Below, one piece after another: positions 1-10,100 of a stretch of 64,000 nucleotides of DNA. A program made the position numbers and the translations under genes. Positions within the stretch are counted from its first letter, which is position 1. Every line of letters starts with the position of its first letter. Under the pieces are notes generated by a model. It saw only the letters and a program-made list of their open reading frames with translations, did not search any database and was not told the origin of the DNA. The stretch is from assembly GCA_963674945.2 (NCBI GenBank), contig CAXXWQ010000003.1, positions 1,600,001-1,664,000 on the forward strand, written 5' to 3'. This DNA comes from an uncultured Desulfosarcina sp. Lineage in GTDB: Bacteria > Desulfobacterota > Desulfobacteria > Desulfobacterales > Desulfosarcinaceae.

Positions 1-2
1 AT

Positions 3-980
3 CAAGTTGTCGAGGACATGCTGAAGGGATTTGTCCAATGTCATGCCGATCTGGTCTCTCCCACCGGCAACCCGAGGGTATTGAAATACAAGAATGCGCC
101 GGTTGCCGGAAAGGTGGGCATCGTGACCGGGGGCGGCTCCGGACACAAACCGGCGTTCATCGGATACATCGGCAAAAACATGGTCGATGCCGTTGCCGCG
201 GGAGAGATATTTTCATCACCATCTGCAAGGGCTTTTTACGACGCCTTCAAGGCGGCCGATGCCGGCAAGGGGGTGGCTTGTTTATATGGCAACTACGCCG
301 GGGACAACATGAACGTAAAAATGGCCATGGAGCTTGCCGAGGATGACGGAATCCGGGTCAAGACCGTTGTTGCCAACGACGATGTTCCTTCGGCCCCGAA
401 AAATGAACGGGAAAAGCGGCGGGGCGTCGCCGGTGAAGTTCTCATGTGGAAGGTGGGTGGTGCCAAGGCGGCCCTGGGCGGTGACCTGGATGAAGTGATC
501 GCTGCGGCGCAAAAAGCGATTGACAACACGCGTAGCATCGGCATCGGTCTGACGCCCTGTACCATTCCCGCCGTCGGTCATCCCAACTTTTCCATCGAGC
601 CGGGAAAAATGGAGGTCGGTATCGGACATCATGGGGAACCCGGTATCGAAGTGAGGGATATCAAACGTGCGGATGAGATGGCTGCGATAATGGTGGATAC
701 GGTTCTCCCGGATTTGCCGTTTATCGAGAACGATGAAGTCGTCGTCCTCGTCTCCGGCCTCGGCGCCACACCCGTTATGGAGCTGTACATCCTGTTCAAC
801 AAAGTCGCCGAAATTCTCAAAGACAAGCGGATCAAGATTCATCGGTCCTATGTGGGGAATTATTTTACTTCTCTTGAGATGATGGGCGTCACCCTGACCG
901 TCATGAAACTCGATGACGAACGAAAGAAACTGGTGGATATGGAAGCCGATTCCATGGGGCTCAAACAGTTCAAGGAGTAA
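3..980 (+). CDS. dhaK: Dihydroxyacetone/tetrulose kinase subunit DhaK (5' end probably outside the window)
   Basis: GGGSGHKPAFIGY, GEIFSSP, GNYAGD, RRGVAGE and GIGHHGEPG motifs; the frame is open back to base 3 (QVVEDMLKGF). Confidence 0.9.
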   Translation, partial: QVVEDMLKGFVQCHADLVSPTGNPRVLKYKNAPVAGKVGIVTGGGSGHKPAFIGYIGKNMVDAVAAGEIFSSPSARAFYDAFKAADAGKGVACLYGNYAGDNMNVKMAMELAEDDGIRVKTVVANDDVPSAPKNEREKRRGVAGEVLMWKVGGAKAALGGDLDEVIAAAQKAIDNTRSIGIGLTPCTIPAVGHPNFSIEPGKMEVGIGHHGEPGIEVRDIKRADEMAAIMVDTVLPDLPFIENDEVVVLVSGLGATPVMELYILFNKVAEILKDKRIKIHRSYVGNYFTSLEMMGVTLTVMKLDDERKKLVDMEADSMGLKQFKE

Positions 981-985
981 CGACG

Positions 986-1627
986 ATGCAAACGTTTTCC
1001 AACCAGGATGGTAAAGCGGTCGTCGAAGCGATCATTAAGGTCATTCAGGACAATACCGCGTTTCTCAGTGAAATTGATGGTGCCATCGGTGATGGAGACC
1101 ATGGTGTCAACATGAACAAAGGCGTCACCATGGCAAAAGAACAGCTGGCGGATCAGGACTTTGATTTTACCAGTGGAATCAAAGTGGTCAGCGATGTGAT
1201 GATGAACGACATCGGCGGATCGATGGGGCCTTTGTACGGCATGTTTTTCCGGCAGATGTTTCGTGTTATCCGTAACCGGGAAACGATTGACGGAGAAGTA
1301 TTCAAGGAGATGCTGAACCGTGCCCTCGCGTCCTTGAAAGACCTCGGCGGCGCGAAAGTGGGGGATAAAACCCTTCTGGATACCCTCGATCCGGCCGTAG
1401 CTGCATTTTCGGATCAGTTTGACAGGGGGCAGGATTTTTTCTCCGCCCTGGAAGCCATGAAGGTCGCTGCTGAAAAGGGAAAGGACTCCACGGTGGACCT
1501 GGTTGCGAAAGTCGGCCGGTCCAGCCGGCTGGGAGAACGCTCCAGAGGGGTTCTGGATGCGGGGGCCACCTCCTGCTGGCTGATTCTGGGCGCCATGGCC
1601 GATACGATCCTGTCCGTGGCGAAATAG
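986..1627 (+). CDS. dhaL: Dihydroxyacetone/tetrulose kinase subunit DhaL
   Basis: DGAIGDGDHG, GGSMGPLYG, GDKTLLD and GRSSRLGERS-G-LDAGA motifs; AGGAG RBS; directly follows dhaK. Confidence 0.92.
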   Translation: MQTFSNQDGKAVVEAIIKVIQDNTAFLSEIDGAIGDGDHGVNMNKGVTMAKEQLADQDFDFTSGIKVVSDVMMNDIGGSMGPLYGMFFRQMFRVIRNRETIDGEVFKEMLNRALASLKDLGGAKVGDKTLLDTLDPAVAAFSDQFDRGQDFFSALEAMKVAAEKGKDSTVDLVAKVGRSSRLGERSRGVLDAGATSCWLILGAMADTILSVAK

Positions 1628-1719
1628 TCGATCCTTTTTTTCGTTGGATGATTGTGCATCAACGATTTGATCCGGTGCGAGAAGAATGGAAAAGAGCACC
1701 GGCGGTAAAGGAGTCTGGT

Positions 1720-2163
1720 ATGAAGAAAATCGCCTTGGGCAGTGACCCCAATGCTGCCGGGTTAAAGGAAATACTGAAAAAGCGGATCACCGAACTGGGA
1801 TACGAGTGGGAAGACTATGGCAGTGATGATCCGATTTATGCCAATGTCGCCTTTGATGTAGCCCATGCGGTTGCATCCGGGAAGCATGAACGGGGGATCC
1901 TGATGTGCGGCACCGGTATCGGCATGTGCATCGCGGCCAACAAGGTTCCAGGGGTTCGAGCAGCATTGTGCTCTGACGTTTACTCCGCCGAGCGGGCTGT
2001 CAAAAGCAACAATGCAAACATTATGACGCTGGGCGAGCAGGTGACCGGGTCTGAGCTTGCGAAGTCCCTGGTGAAGGTTTGGCTGGAATCACGGTATGAA
2101 ACAGGGACGAGGTCGGAACCAAAGGTGAATCGGATTGATGAATACGATCAGGATCGAAAATAA
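1720..2163 (+). CDS. rpiB: RpiB/LacA/LacB family sugar-phosphate isomerase
   Basis: CGTGIGMCIAANKVPGVRAA and NNAN motifs; start moved to ATG 1720 after an AAGGAG RBS. Confidence 0.9.
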   Translation: MKKIALGSDPNAAGLKEILKKRITELGYEWEDYGSDDPIYANVAFDVAHAVASGKHERGILMCGTGIGMCIAANKVPGVRAALCSDVYSAERAVKSNNANIMTLGEQVTGSELAKSLVKVWLESRYETGTRSEPKVNRIDEYDQDRK

Positions 2164-2173
2164 GGAATTGGCA

Positions 2174-2308
2174 ATGTTGATTATTGCGGTAACAGCTTGT
2201 CCTTGGGACCGGGTGAGCAGGCGGAAAAGTCGGCGTCTATGCGGACCCTTGAAGCATTGTATAAGAAGCGGAAACGCGCTGGGGAACCAGCCCGATTCGA
2301 TCAAGTAA
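2174..2308 (+). pseudogene. Stub of a fructose-type PTS EIIB gene (only about 10 recognisable codons)
   Basis: AAGGA RBS, then MLIIAVTACP, matching the EIIB-Fru N-terminal (I/V)AVTACP motif; similarity stops abruptly and the frame ends at 44 aa. Confidence 0.5.
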
Positions 2309-2386
2309 CCTGTATTATCGATGACCGCATAGCAGCAGTTCCGGCGGATTTGGATGTCGATTCCGATAAAATTGTTAACCATTTGA

Positions 2387-5300
2387 TTAGTGAACCATCG
2401 CGCTGAACAACTTACCAAGATAATGGTCCTTATCCTCACTCATAAACAGGACATGATTATCTTCAAATTCCTGGCTGGTCAGCCCCCATTCCAGCTCTTT
2501 TTGCTTGGTCAAGGAAAGAATAAAGCTGTTCAATATAACCGTCGGATCGCCAAGGCGTTTTTCGATCTCTTTGATAGTCTTATGAAATTCGATCTTCTTG
2601 CTCCCAGGCCCTTCCTGGCGAAGACCGTGGGGCTCTATAAAAGATATGTATTGTTTCTCGTTCTCAACCATCCACAAGATAAAATCCGGATAAAAGCTGC
2701 CAGCTTCAAAAAAGCCAACACCCTTACCCCTACTTAAATTGCGCAGCAGGTAAATTTCCTGGTCTTTTTCTTTAAATTGGGTTTCTCGATCCATGCAATA
2801 TTCATGAAGCGCCATGACAAATTTATACTCACTCTCATTTAGAGCCACGGGAGAGACCTTGATAGAGGATCCTTTGCTGATGTGAAAAAGAGGTTCATAT
2901 AAATGGGTGTCGAATCTATGCGCATGAATATGACCAATTTTTAACGGCTTATTTTGCGGCTTTTTCAAATCATCTCGTATATTCTGAATATCCTCAATTA
3001 GCTTTCTCTCCGAAGCATCGACGATGAATTGATAACCATCGGCTTCATCCGGAAAATTGTCGTCGGTCTTATCCAACTCTCGGATTTCAAGGCGGGGTTC
3101 GATAAAAGCCCGGTGGTTCAGGTCGTAGAAGCGGTCACAATAGCGTTTCATCAGCTCTGTGGCGATTTGTTGCCATAATGGCACATTGCCATAACGAGTG
3201 GCAGCCATATTATCTGATGGAATGAGCAGCGTATACCAATCGGACGCTTTTAATAGATCGAGGATTCCGGCTTTTGATATGTTCAGGTTGTGCCTTCCCC
3301 TGAGCCGCTTGTATTGTTCCAGTTCAAAAAACAGATCGTCTGTATTCAGAAAGCTGAGGTGGGTTTGGGTCAATACGGCCGTTTCCTTTGTGCTTTCCTG
3401 CTTTTTCCCCTTTGACTGAACTGTTTGAATGCGCGGATACCAATCAGATTCCACGTTGATTCGGGCATGAAGATCTTTTTGGTCACCAAGTGTCGGCACC
3501 GATCCATCATTTTTAAAGCTGTACTCCTGACCATCATCGCGCTTTTTCTTGGGTCGGACGATCTTCAGTTTTTTGCCGACTCCATAGGTAATATTAAGCG
3601 GAACCTTGAAGATTTCCTTTCGTTCGTTGCCGGGAAGCCCTTCTTCCTTGAGAAAATCTTTGAACCGTTGCATAAAATCCGCTTTGATCCCAAAAACATT
3701 CAGGCGTTCAAGGTCATCGATGTGCGCCGGCTTTTTGAAAATTCGTACGTGACCGCTCCGTTTCAGGCTCCAGTCGTAGCCTTTGAGGCGAACGCCCCTG
3801 CCGAACAACTGAATAATCTGAGCCCCTTCGCTTTTTCCCACATGCATCAACCCCATCGTGCTCACGCGCCAACAGTCCCACCCTTCAACGAATTTTTTTG
3901 ATCCGATGAGCACGTTAATGGGCGAGCTGGATTCATTGACCGTCGCGAACATCGCGCTTGAAAAATCGCTCTCGGCGATGCTGACATCAATGCGTGCTTT
4001 TTTCACATTTTTGCAAAGCCCAAGGGCATCTCCCACATTGATCAACCCAAAAGGCTCCTCGGCGGTCCCTACATACATCGCAATTTCACCACTATCGCCC
4101 TTGATGCGATCCAATCTCAGGCGTCCGCCACCCGGGCAATTAAAAAGCCGCAGCAAAATGTCACGATAGATGGTGCTGCCGGTTTCGGTGCCTGAGCTTA
4201 CCTGTTCGGTCAAATAAACAAAGGAACCTGAGAAAATGTCGTTTCCGTTTTCATCAAGCAATCCCGTATCTTTCCCGGCTTGGAAGATGATGTTTTCAAT
4301 GATTTGGGTAAAATCTTGGGGCTGTCCCAAAAAGTTGGACAAAAACTCAATTATTTTGGCCACATCGGAAGCAACGGTTTTCTCATCCTTGGAACCTGTG
4401 GCCTTGACCACGCTTGATCCGACAAATACCCAAAGCGGTTTTTCGATGTTAAAGGGAAGCAGTTCGGCTTTCTTTTGCTCGTAAATCCGTAGTTGCTGGT
4501 AAAACTTGAGCAGACAGGCAGTCAGATATGTAGCCTGGGCTTGTTTAAATCCTTTGCTCAGATTCAGGATATGATAGTCCTTGCCAAAGCCGTCTTCGTA
4601 AAACCAGCGGTAGGAGTAGTCAAACAGGGTACACCTGGCATAGCTGTTCTCGATCTTTTTATCTTTGGAAGCAGTCACCGACTGGGCGAAGGTGGCAGAA
4701 TATTCAATGGTGAAGCCCCTTTCACACAGCATATTGCGTCGGGTGAACCAGGCCCCTTCCTCCTTGCCGCTCATTCCACGATGCCCCTCGTCAACCAAAA
4801 GCAAGTTTTCTCCACCCAGGTTGCGCGTGGCTTCGGTATTGGGGCCGGCGCTGTCCGCCAGTTTGGTAATTTCCATTACGTCGACCCGTCTGAGTCGTGT
4901 ATCCGATGTCATAAAAAGGGCATCCCGACCCGGTATATAACGTTGGGCATGGATGCCGCTTTGGCGAAATTCCTTTAAATGCTGTTCACTCAGCCGCTCA
5001 TTAGGGGTCAGCAGGATCACCCGGGACAGCTCGCTTTCACGTCCTGCGCGTTTGGCATAATGCCTGAACTGGAGCAGATTAACGTGCATGATCAAGGTTT
5101 TGCCGCTGCCGGTGGCATTTTGAAAGCAAAGCTTGTTCAGGTCATCCAAGGCAAAAGGCTCAATATCCTCAAACGCATCCCAATGGTCATTGAATTGCTT
5201 TAGAAATCCATTCAGATCATCCAGCAAGGCAAGTGGATCAGTAAAATAACGGTCCAGATAGATTTCGGTGAATAGCAGCGTCAGCCATTGAAAGTATTTC

Positions 5301-5638
5301 CAGATCACGGGTCGGCTGCGTTTTTCGTTGATGGCAAGGGTGTGGCGACCGATGTTATCCTCGTAAATCCGCAGTTGCTCCCGAGTCATTACCGGCAGGG
5401 ATAAATCAAGGGCATTGGCCAGGTTGAAAAAAAATTTATGGGTATTGCTCGCGTCCATTCCCTCCAAAAGCGGGTCACGGATCGACTCGGCCAATATATG
5501 GAAGGGACGCATCTTTTTTCCGCCATCATCCTTGTACGCAACAAACGGATCGACGCCGAACAGGCTGATCAGCCACTGGTTCAGAATAAGCTTGTCTTTG
5601 AAATGATGCCGTTTGGGACCGTTTGATCGTTTTGCCAT
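2387..5638 (-). CDS. res: Type III restriction enzyme Res subunit (SF2 helicase plus C-terminal nuclease)
   Basis: NATGSGKT Walker A, DEGH, YSAT, EGWD and QLFGRGVRL motifs; C-terminal YPDF...IEPHG; same operon as a Mod methyltransferase. Confidence 0.88.
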   Translation of the reverse strand: MAKRSNGPKRHHFKDKLILNQWLISLFGVDPFVAYKDDGGKKMRPFHILAESIRDPLLEGMDASNTHKFFFNLANALDLSLPVMTREQLRIYEDNIGRHTLAINEKRSRPVIWKYFQWLTLLFTEIYLDRYFTDPLALLDDLNGFLKQFNDHWDAFEDIEPFALDDLNKLCFQNATGSGKTLIMHVNLLQFRHYAKRAGRESELSRVILLTPNERLSEQHLKEFRQSGIHAQRYIPGRDALFMTSDTRLRRVDVMEITKLADSAGPNTEATRNLGGENLLLVDEGHRGMSGKEEGAWFTRRNMLCERGFTIEYSATFAQSVTASKDKKIENSYARCTLFDYSYRWFYEDGFGKDYHILNLSKGFKQAQATYLTACLLKFYQQLRIYEQKKAELLPFNIEKPLWVFVGSSVVKATGSKDEKTVASDVAKIIEFLSNFLGQPQDFTQIIENIIFQAGKDTGLLDENGNDIFSGSFVYLTEQVSSGTETGSTIYRDILLRLFNCPGGGRLRLDRIKGDSGEIAMYVGTAEEPFGLINVGDALGLCKNVKKARIDVSIAESDFSSAMFATVNESSSPINVLIGSKKFVEGWDCWRVSTMGLMHVGKSEGAQIIQLFGRGVRLKGYDWSLKRSGHVRIFKKPAHIDDLERLNVFGIKADFMQRFKDFLKEEGLPGNERKEIFKVPLNITYGVGKKLKIVRPKKKRDDGQEYSFKNDGSVPTLGDQKDLHARINVESDWYPRIQTVQSKGKKQESTKETAVLTQTHLSFLNTDDLFFELEQYKRLRGRHNLNISKAGILDLLKASDWYTLLIPSDNMAATRYGNVPLWQQIATELMKRYCDRFYDLNHRAFIEPRLEIRELDKTDDNFPDEADGYQFIVDASERKLIEDIQNIRDDLKKPQNKPLKIGHIHAHRFDTHLYEPLFHISKGSSIKVSPVALNESEYKFVMALHEYCMDRETQFKEKDQEIYLLRNLSRGKGVGFFEAGSFYPDFILWMVENEKQYISFIEPHGLRQEGPGSKKIEFHKTIKEIEKRLGDPTVILNSFILSLTKQKELEWGLTSQEFEDNHVLFMSEDKDHYLGKLFSAMVH

Positions 5639-5641
5639 GCG

Positions 5642-6085
5642 TTAGGTATCCTGCGATTGAATCGCGTTTAGAACTTTTAACTTGAGCGCTTCGTTGTCTT
5701 CATCGCCGTTTATAATGGCACTGATAATTTCCTTGAGCAGCTCTTTATCAATATTTCCCGCCGCAACATGGTAGCTGATATTTTCCATTTCCCTGAGAAA
5801 CTTGGTGGCAATGAACACATAGCCGTTGTGGAGCAAAAACTGGGCACCCAAGGAAAGCGCCAACCGCTTGTTGCCGTCCTGAAAGCAATGAAATTTATTG
5901 GTACTGAAAAACAGATGGGTGAGTTTATCCTCGAAACTGGGGTAATAGTCGTCATTTTGAATGTGGGCTAAAACGCTTTCCAACTTGGCGAGGTCAAGAT
6001 GGCCAATAATACCGCCACCGCTGACCTCAACGGTCCGTTGATGCACGTCGATGGCCTGCTCGATGGTGAGATAGACAATCGCCAT
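5642..6085 (-). CDS. Fic/Doc family, death-on-curing type toxin
   Basis: HCFQDGNKR Doc-type motif; N-terminal YLTIEQAIDVH typical of Doc; 147 aa. Confidence 0.88.
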   Translation of the reverse strand: MAIVYLTIEQAIDVHQRTVEVSGGGIIGHLDLAKLESVLAHIQNDDYYPSFEDKLTHLFFSTNKFHCFQDGNKRLALSLGAQFLLHNGYVFIATKFLREMENISYHVAAGNIDKELLKEIISAIINGDEDNEALKLKVLNAIQSQDT

Positions 6086-6088
6086 GGC

Positions 6089-7108
6089 TTACCGGTCCTT
6101 CAGCCGTTTCATCACATCCTGGGCGTCTTCGAGGCGTTCCTGCAACTCCTTGCTCTTTTCACCCAGGAAGCGTTCAAAATCCTCGGCCCGGATCGGTGCG
6201 ATATACTCCTCAAGCTGTTTATGCAGTGCATCTCGAAAAGCCAGGTCACGGCTGGCCATTTTGTTGCGTGCGCTTTCAACCAGAGGTTTCCAGAGGGGTT
6301 GAGATTCAAATTCTTCAAACAGCGCATCGACCTCCCATGAGTTCAGCTTGCGACCTTTCTTTTCCGATTCAGATCGAAGGGCATCGGCAAAGCCGTATTC
6401 ATAGGCGGCCACAAGGTCCAGGACTTCCGCGTAGAACGTGTCCCGCACCTTTTCCTTTTCCTTGAGTTTTAGTATTTTTCGGTATTCCTTGGCCTTTTCA
6501 CGAAAAATGCTGATATAAATTTTATCCGTATACAGGGGGTATTTGAAATTTCCCATATCTACGTAATTCTTTAAGGCATCCGTGAATTGCCGGCGATAAT
6601 TTTCGCCCTGAAACCATGCGATAAGAAATCCTTCATCGCGCTGGTTGATGTACTTTGTGCCACCACCGGTACGTTGATTGATGGTGTCGATAACGATGTC
6701 CAATATCATCTGGCGCAGCAACCGTGCTCGTTCACCCTCGGTAATCAGCATGGCCAGATTAAGGAATGCCCGAAAATCGAAAACGCCCAATTGAGGTGTT
6801 TTTATGTTAACGAAACCAATTTCGTTAACATCCTGCTCCGAAACTGCCTTTTTAAAATTTTTCAAACGGTTACCACGCAGTACCGCATAACCGTTCTGTC
6901 GCAGTTCATCTCCAAATTTTTCGATATAATTATCGATAGTCCGGGTTGTAACCTCGAAAAACGTTGCCACCTGCTCTTTGACAACCACGGTTTTTCCCTC
7001 AAAAGGGATGCCTTTGATGCGGGAAGCTTTCTCGATTTCCTGTAGGGCATAAGGATTATTGAGGATATTCTGCCGGTCCACCATCGAGTTGGTCAGGTCT
7101 TTGGCCAT
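6089..7108 (-). CDS. Uncharacterised putative DNA-binding protein (RhuM/ORF6N-like HTH), 339 aa
   Basis: Likely start MAKDLTNS at 7108, 1 nt after the mod stop; HTH-like KEQVATFFEVTTRTIDNY; ends 3 nt before the doc start. Confidence 0.7.
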   Translation of the reverse strand: MAKDLTNSMVDRQNILNNPYALQEIEKASRIKGIPFEGKTVVVKEQVATFFEVTTRTIDNYIEKFGDELRQNGYAVLRGNRLKNFKKAVSEQDVNEIGFVNIKTPQLGVFDFRAFLNLAMLITEGERARLLRQMILDIVIDTINQRTGGGTKYINQRDEGFLIAWFQGENYRRQFTDALKNYVDMGNFKYPLYTDKIYISIFREKAKEYRKILKLKEKEKVRDTFYAEVLDLVAAYEYGFADALRSESEKKGRKLNSWEVDALFEEFESQPLWKPLVESARNKMASRDLAFRDALHKQLEEYIAPIRAEDFERFLGEKSKELQERLEDAQDVMKRLKDR

Positions 7109-7109
7109 C

Positions 7110-10100
7110 TTACACGTCCTCCACGTCCCACATCCGTTGCATGAAATCTTCCTCGATGAGACGGACCTTCCAGTTTTCCCCTTCCAGGCGAAGGTTGGGC
7201 AGGTTGTTGGAACCGTTGACGTAGATGGTATCATATTCAAAATCGCGCGGATTGATGCGGATAGTCTTGAACCATTCGTCCAGCATCAGGTTGTCTTTTT
7301 CCTGGTCTTCAGTCAGTTTTCGCCAGACAACCAGGATCTTTTCGTTTTTACCGTTATCTCCCGGCACCCAACCCTCTATTTTCCGGAACCACCACGGACC
7401 GTCAGGCGTCTGCTTGCGGCCGGCCATCTTCAAACGTGTATGCTTGTCATCCGGCAGTTCAGGGTCCGGCTCTCGATAGAACTCTGCGGAAAAGGCCTGG
7501 GGCGCGTCCATGTGCTCGACACGAAGCCCTATGAGATAATTGAACGTCTCGATCAGGTCCACATTGCGGACTTCATATTCGTCCGTGCCCGGTTTCTTTA
7601 CTTTGAGCTGATAGGCCGTGGGGTCGATAAAGCTATCGATATTCAGCAAACTTCGGCTCCCACGGGTTTCCGTCTCCAGCATATAGTGGAGCATGTATTC
7701 TTCGCGCAGTTCCTTGCTTTTGGCAATGGCTTTGGCGCGGGTTTCATCTTGATTGAATTCGAGGTTGTTTAGGCAGTCTTCGTAAGATTCGAGGCGCACG
7801 ATCTTCAAAAGTGCACTCACACTATCCTTCGAACGAGGTATACCAGACTTCCAGTCGCTCGCATAAAAAGCTTTGAGGACTCGAGGCTTCATTAGCCAGT
7901 CGAAATAATGCCCCATTTCGACCAAAAGGAACTTACGGACTCCCCCGTCTTCACGATTAGCCTGAATGACCGCATGGGCCGAACTTCCACTGCCACCAAA
8001 AAAGTCCGAAAACCAGCTATTGGGCTTGGTGGATTGTACAATGAACTTTTTTACGAATTTGGAGCTTTTGGGGGACAAGAATAGTCCTGATTCTCCGAAC
8101 ATGTTTCCAAGTTCTGCCTCGCCGTCATTGTATTCATAAAAAACGCTTGTTCCAATATTGGTTTCCACTTCGTGCAGGAAACCTTTAGTCCTTGGGACCT
8201 TCTTTTCGGCCTCACCCCAAGCAATTCTATTATCTGCCTGTAGTGATTCAAATGAACGGCGATTTTCTTTTTTTGGATCGGGTTTTTCAGGAAACTTCCA
8301 ACCACTCTGAGGGTGGGGGCAAGTTTTTTTTGTAACAGGATGAATTGGTTTATAATACCTATAGTTTGGGTGGTTCGGGTCCTTTGTGGTTGGTGATTGC
8401 TTGGAAGCAGGCGCACTCGTGGGGATTTCGCTCCATACCCATATATGAGCTGCATTTGCCTCTGCCTCTTCTTCGGGAACAAACCTACCATCAGAACCAC
8501 GGTACTCTGCTCTATTATAGGGATAAAGACCTCGCCAAGGATCCTGGCGTTTCGCCTGGGCATCCCACTCCTTGCCGTTGATCTCTACCTTTTCCCGGTA
8601 TTCCTGCTTGTGCCGCAAATACAATTCCTTGATTTCTCTTTCTATGTTAGCGATGGAGGGATAATCTGGGTTCAGTTTATTCACTAACTCCATAACTTCC
8701 GAGAATCCGGGTTTGGGTTCACGGAACATCTCTTTATCGGCTTCAACAGCAGCTCGATCCTTCGCGTAAACCTCCACATATTCGTGATTTGTTGAATAGT
8801 TTGGTAGCTGGCTATTTGCTGTAGCCTGAGTCCAGATAAGCTCTTCTATGTGGTTCTCATCTCCAAAAATCTCGTCCAGCGTATGTTCCAATAAAGTTCT
8901 TTCAGTTTTATCGATACTCACAAACAGCGCTCCGTCCTTGCGAAGAAGCGAGTAGCAGGCCCCAAGTCTGTCCCGCATCAGGGTTGCAAACGAAGAATGT
9001 TTATAGTTGTTTTTATAAGGAATAGAGCTACTGTTAGTATTATATGGAGGATCGATGTAGATAGATTTGATTTCTTCTCCGAATTGCTTCGCGGCGAGGT
9101 TGAGCGCGTGAAAATTATCGGAGTGCATCATCACGCCAGTGAGGCTACTGTCGAGGTTTTCTTGAGCAGCGAGGAGTTGTTCTTGGAAGTCACTTTGAAA
9201 TAGTGATGTATCGACCGGAAGCTTCAGATTTTTTCTTAAGAAGTCGATGTTCAGAGGTTCTGAATAGCCTTCAATCTTATCGATTGACAGGAGAGAAACC
9301 CACGCACGTCGTTGTTCATCGTTTGCGGCGATAGTCGGAAAGTGCTCTTCCGGGATCCTGTCTAATGAGATGCAAAAGTGGCTATCAACAACCATCTTCT
9401 TTTTCAACCAAAGTATTTTCTGGAAGTCCTCAAGCTGGGCAAGAAAATCGATCAGCTTGCTCGCGATCCTGCGCAGCACCTTGATTTTGAAAAGATAGCT
9501 TTGGACAGCGGGTGCTTTGGCATTTTCGATATCATCAAGGCGCATCACTTCGTTTTTAATGTAAAAGTTCAGTTCCCGACTCAGGAACCCGCTGAGGTCT
9601 TTATGGATAAAATAGTCCATTGTATTGCGGGCCGTATATTGGTTCACGTACTTGGCCAGTAGAGTACGATCTTTTTGCTTGTCGGTCGGGATCGGAACGT
9701 TTAACAGCCGGGCAAATTCAGCAGCGCCTTTCATTCCATCAAGGCAATTCAAAATCTTTTTCACCGCCTCATCCATCCGTTTGCGCTGCCATACTGCGTC
9801 CTGGCCGCTTTTCTTAGAATCGGGCCGGTATTCGAAACGGATGATCAATTCACCGTTTTCCAGACTAACGGGATTGTCTTCATGGAGGATAAAATAGCGT
9901 TTTTGGCCGTTGGCGGCCTTGATATTGCCGTGCTCGCCCTCCGTGGCATCGACAATGCGAAAATGAACCCGCATGGGAGACCCCGCCTGATGGACGGATA
10001 TCGGATCGATCTTTCCTTCGGCTTCCCTGGCCTTGCTCAGATCAAAGGTAAAGTCGGTGAAATATTCACTGGTCTTGATATAGTACTGATCCTTGTTGGC

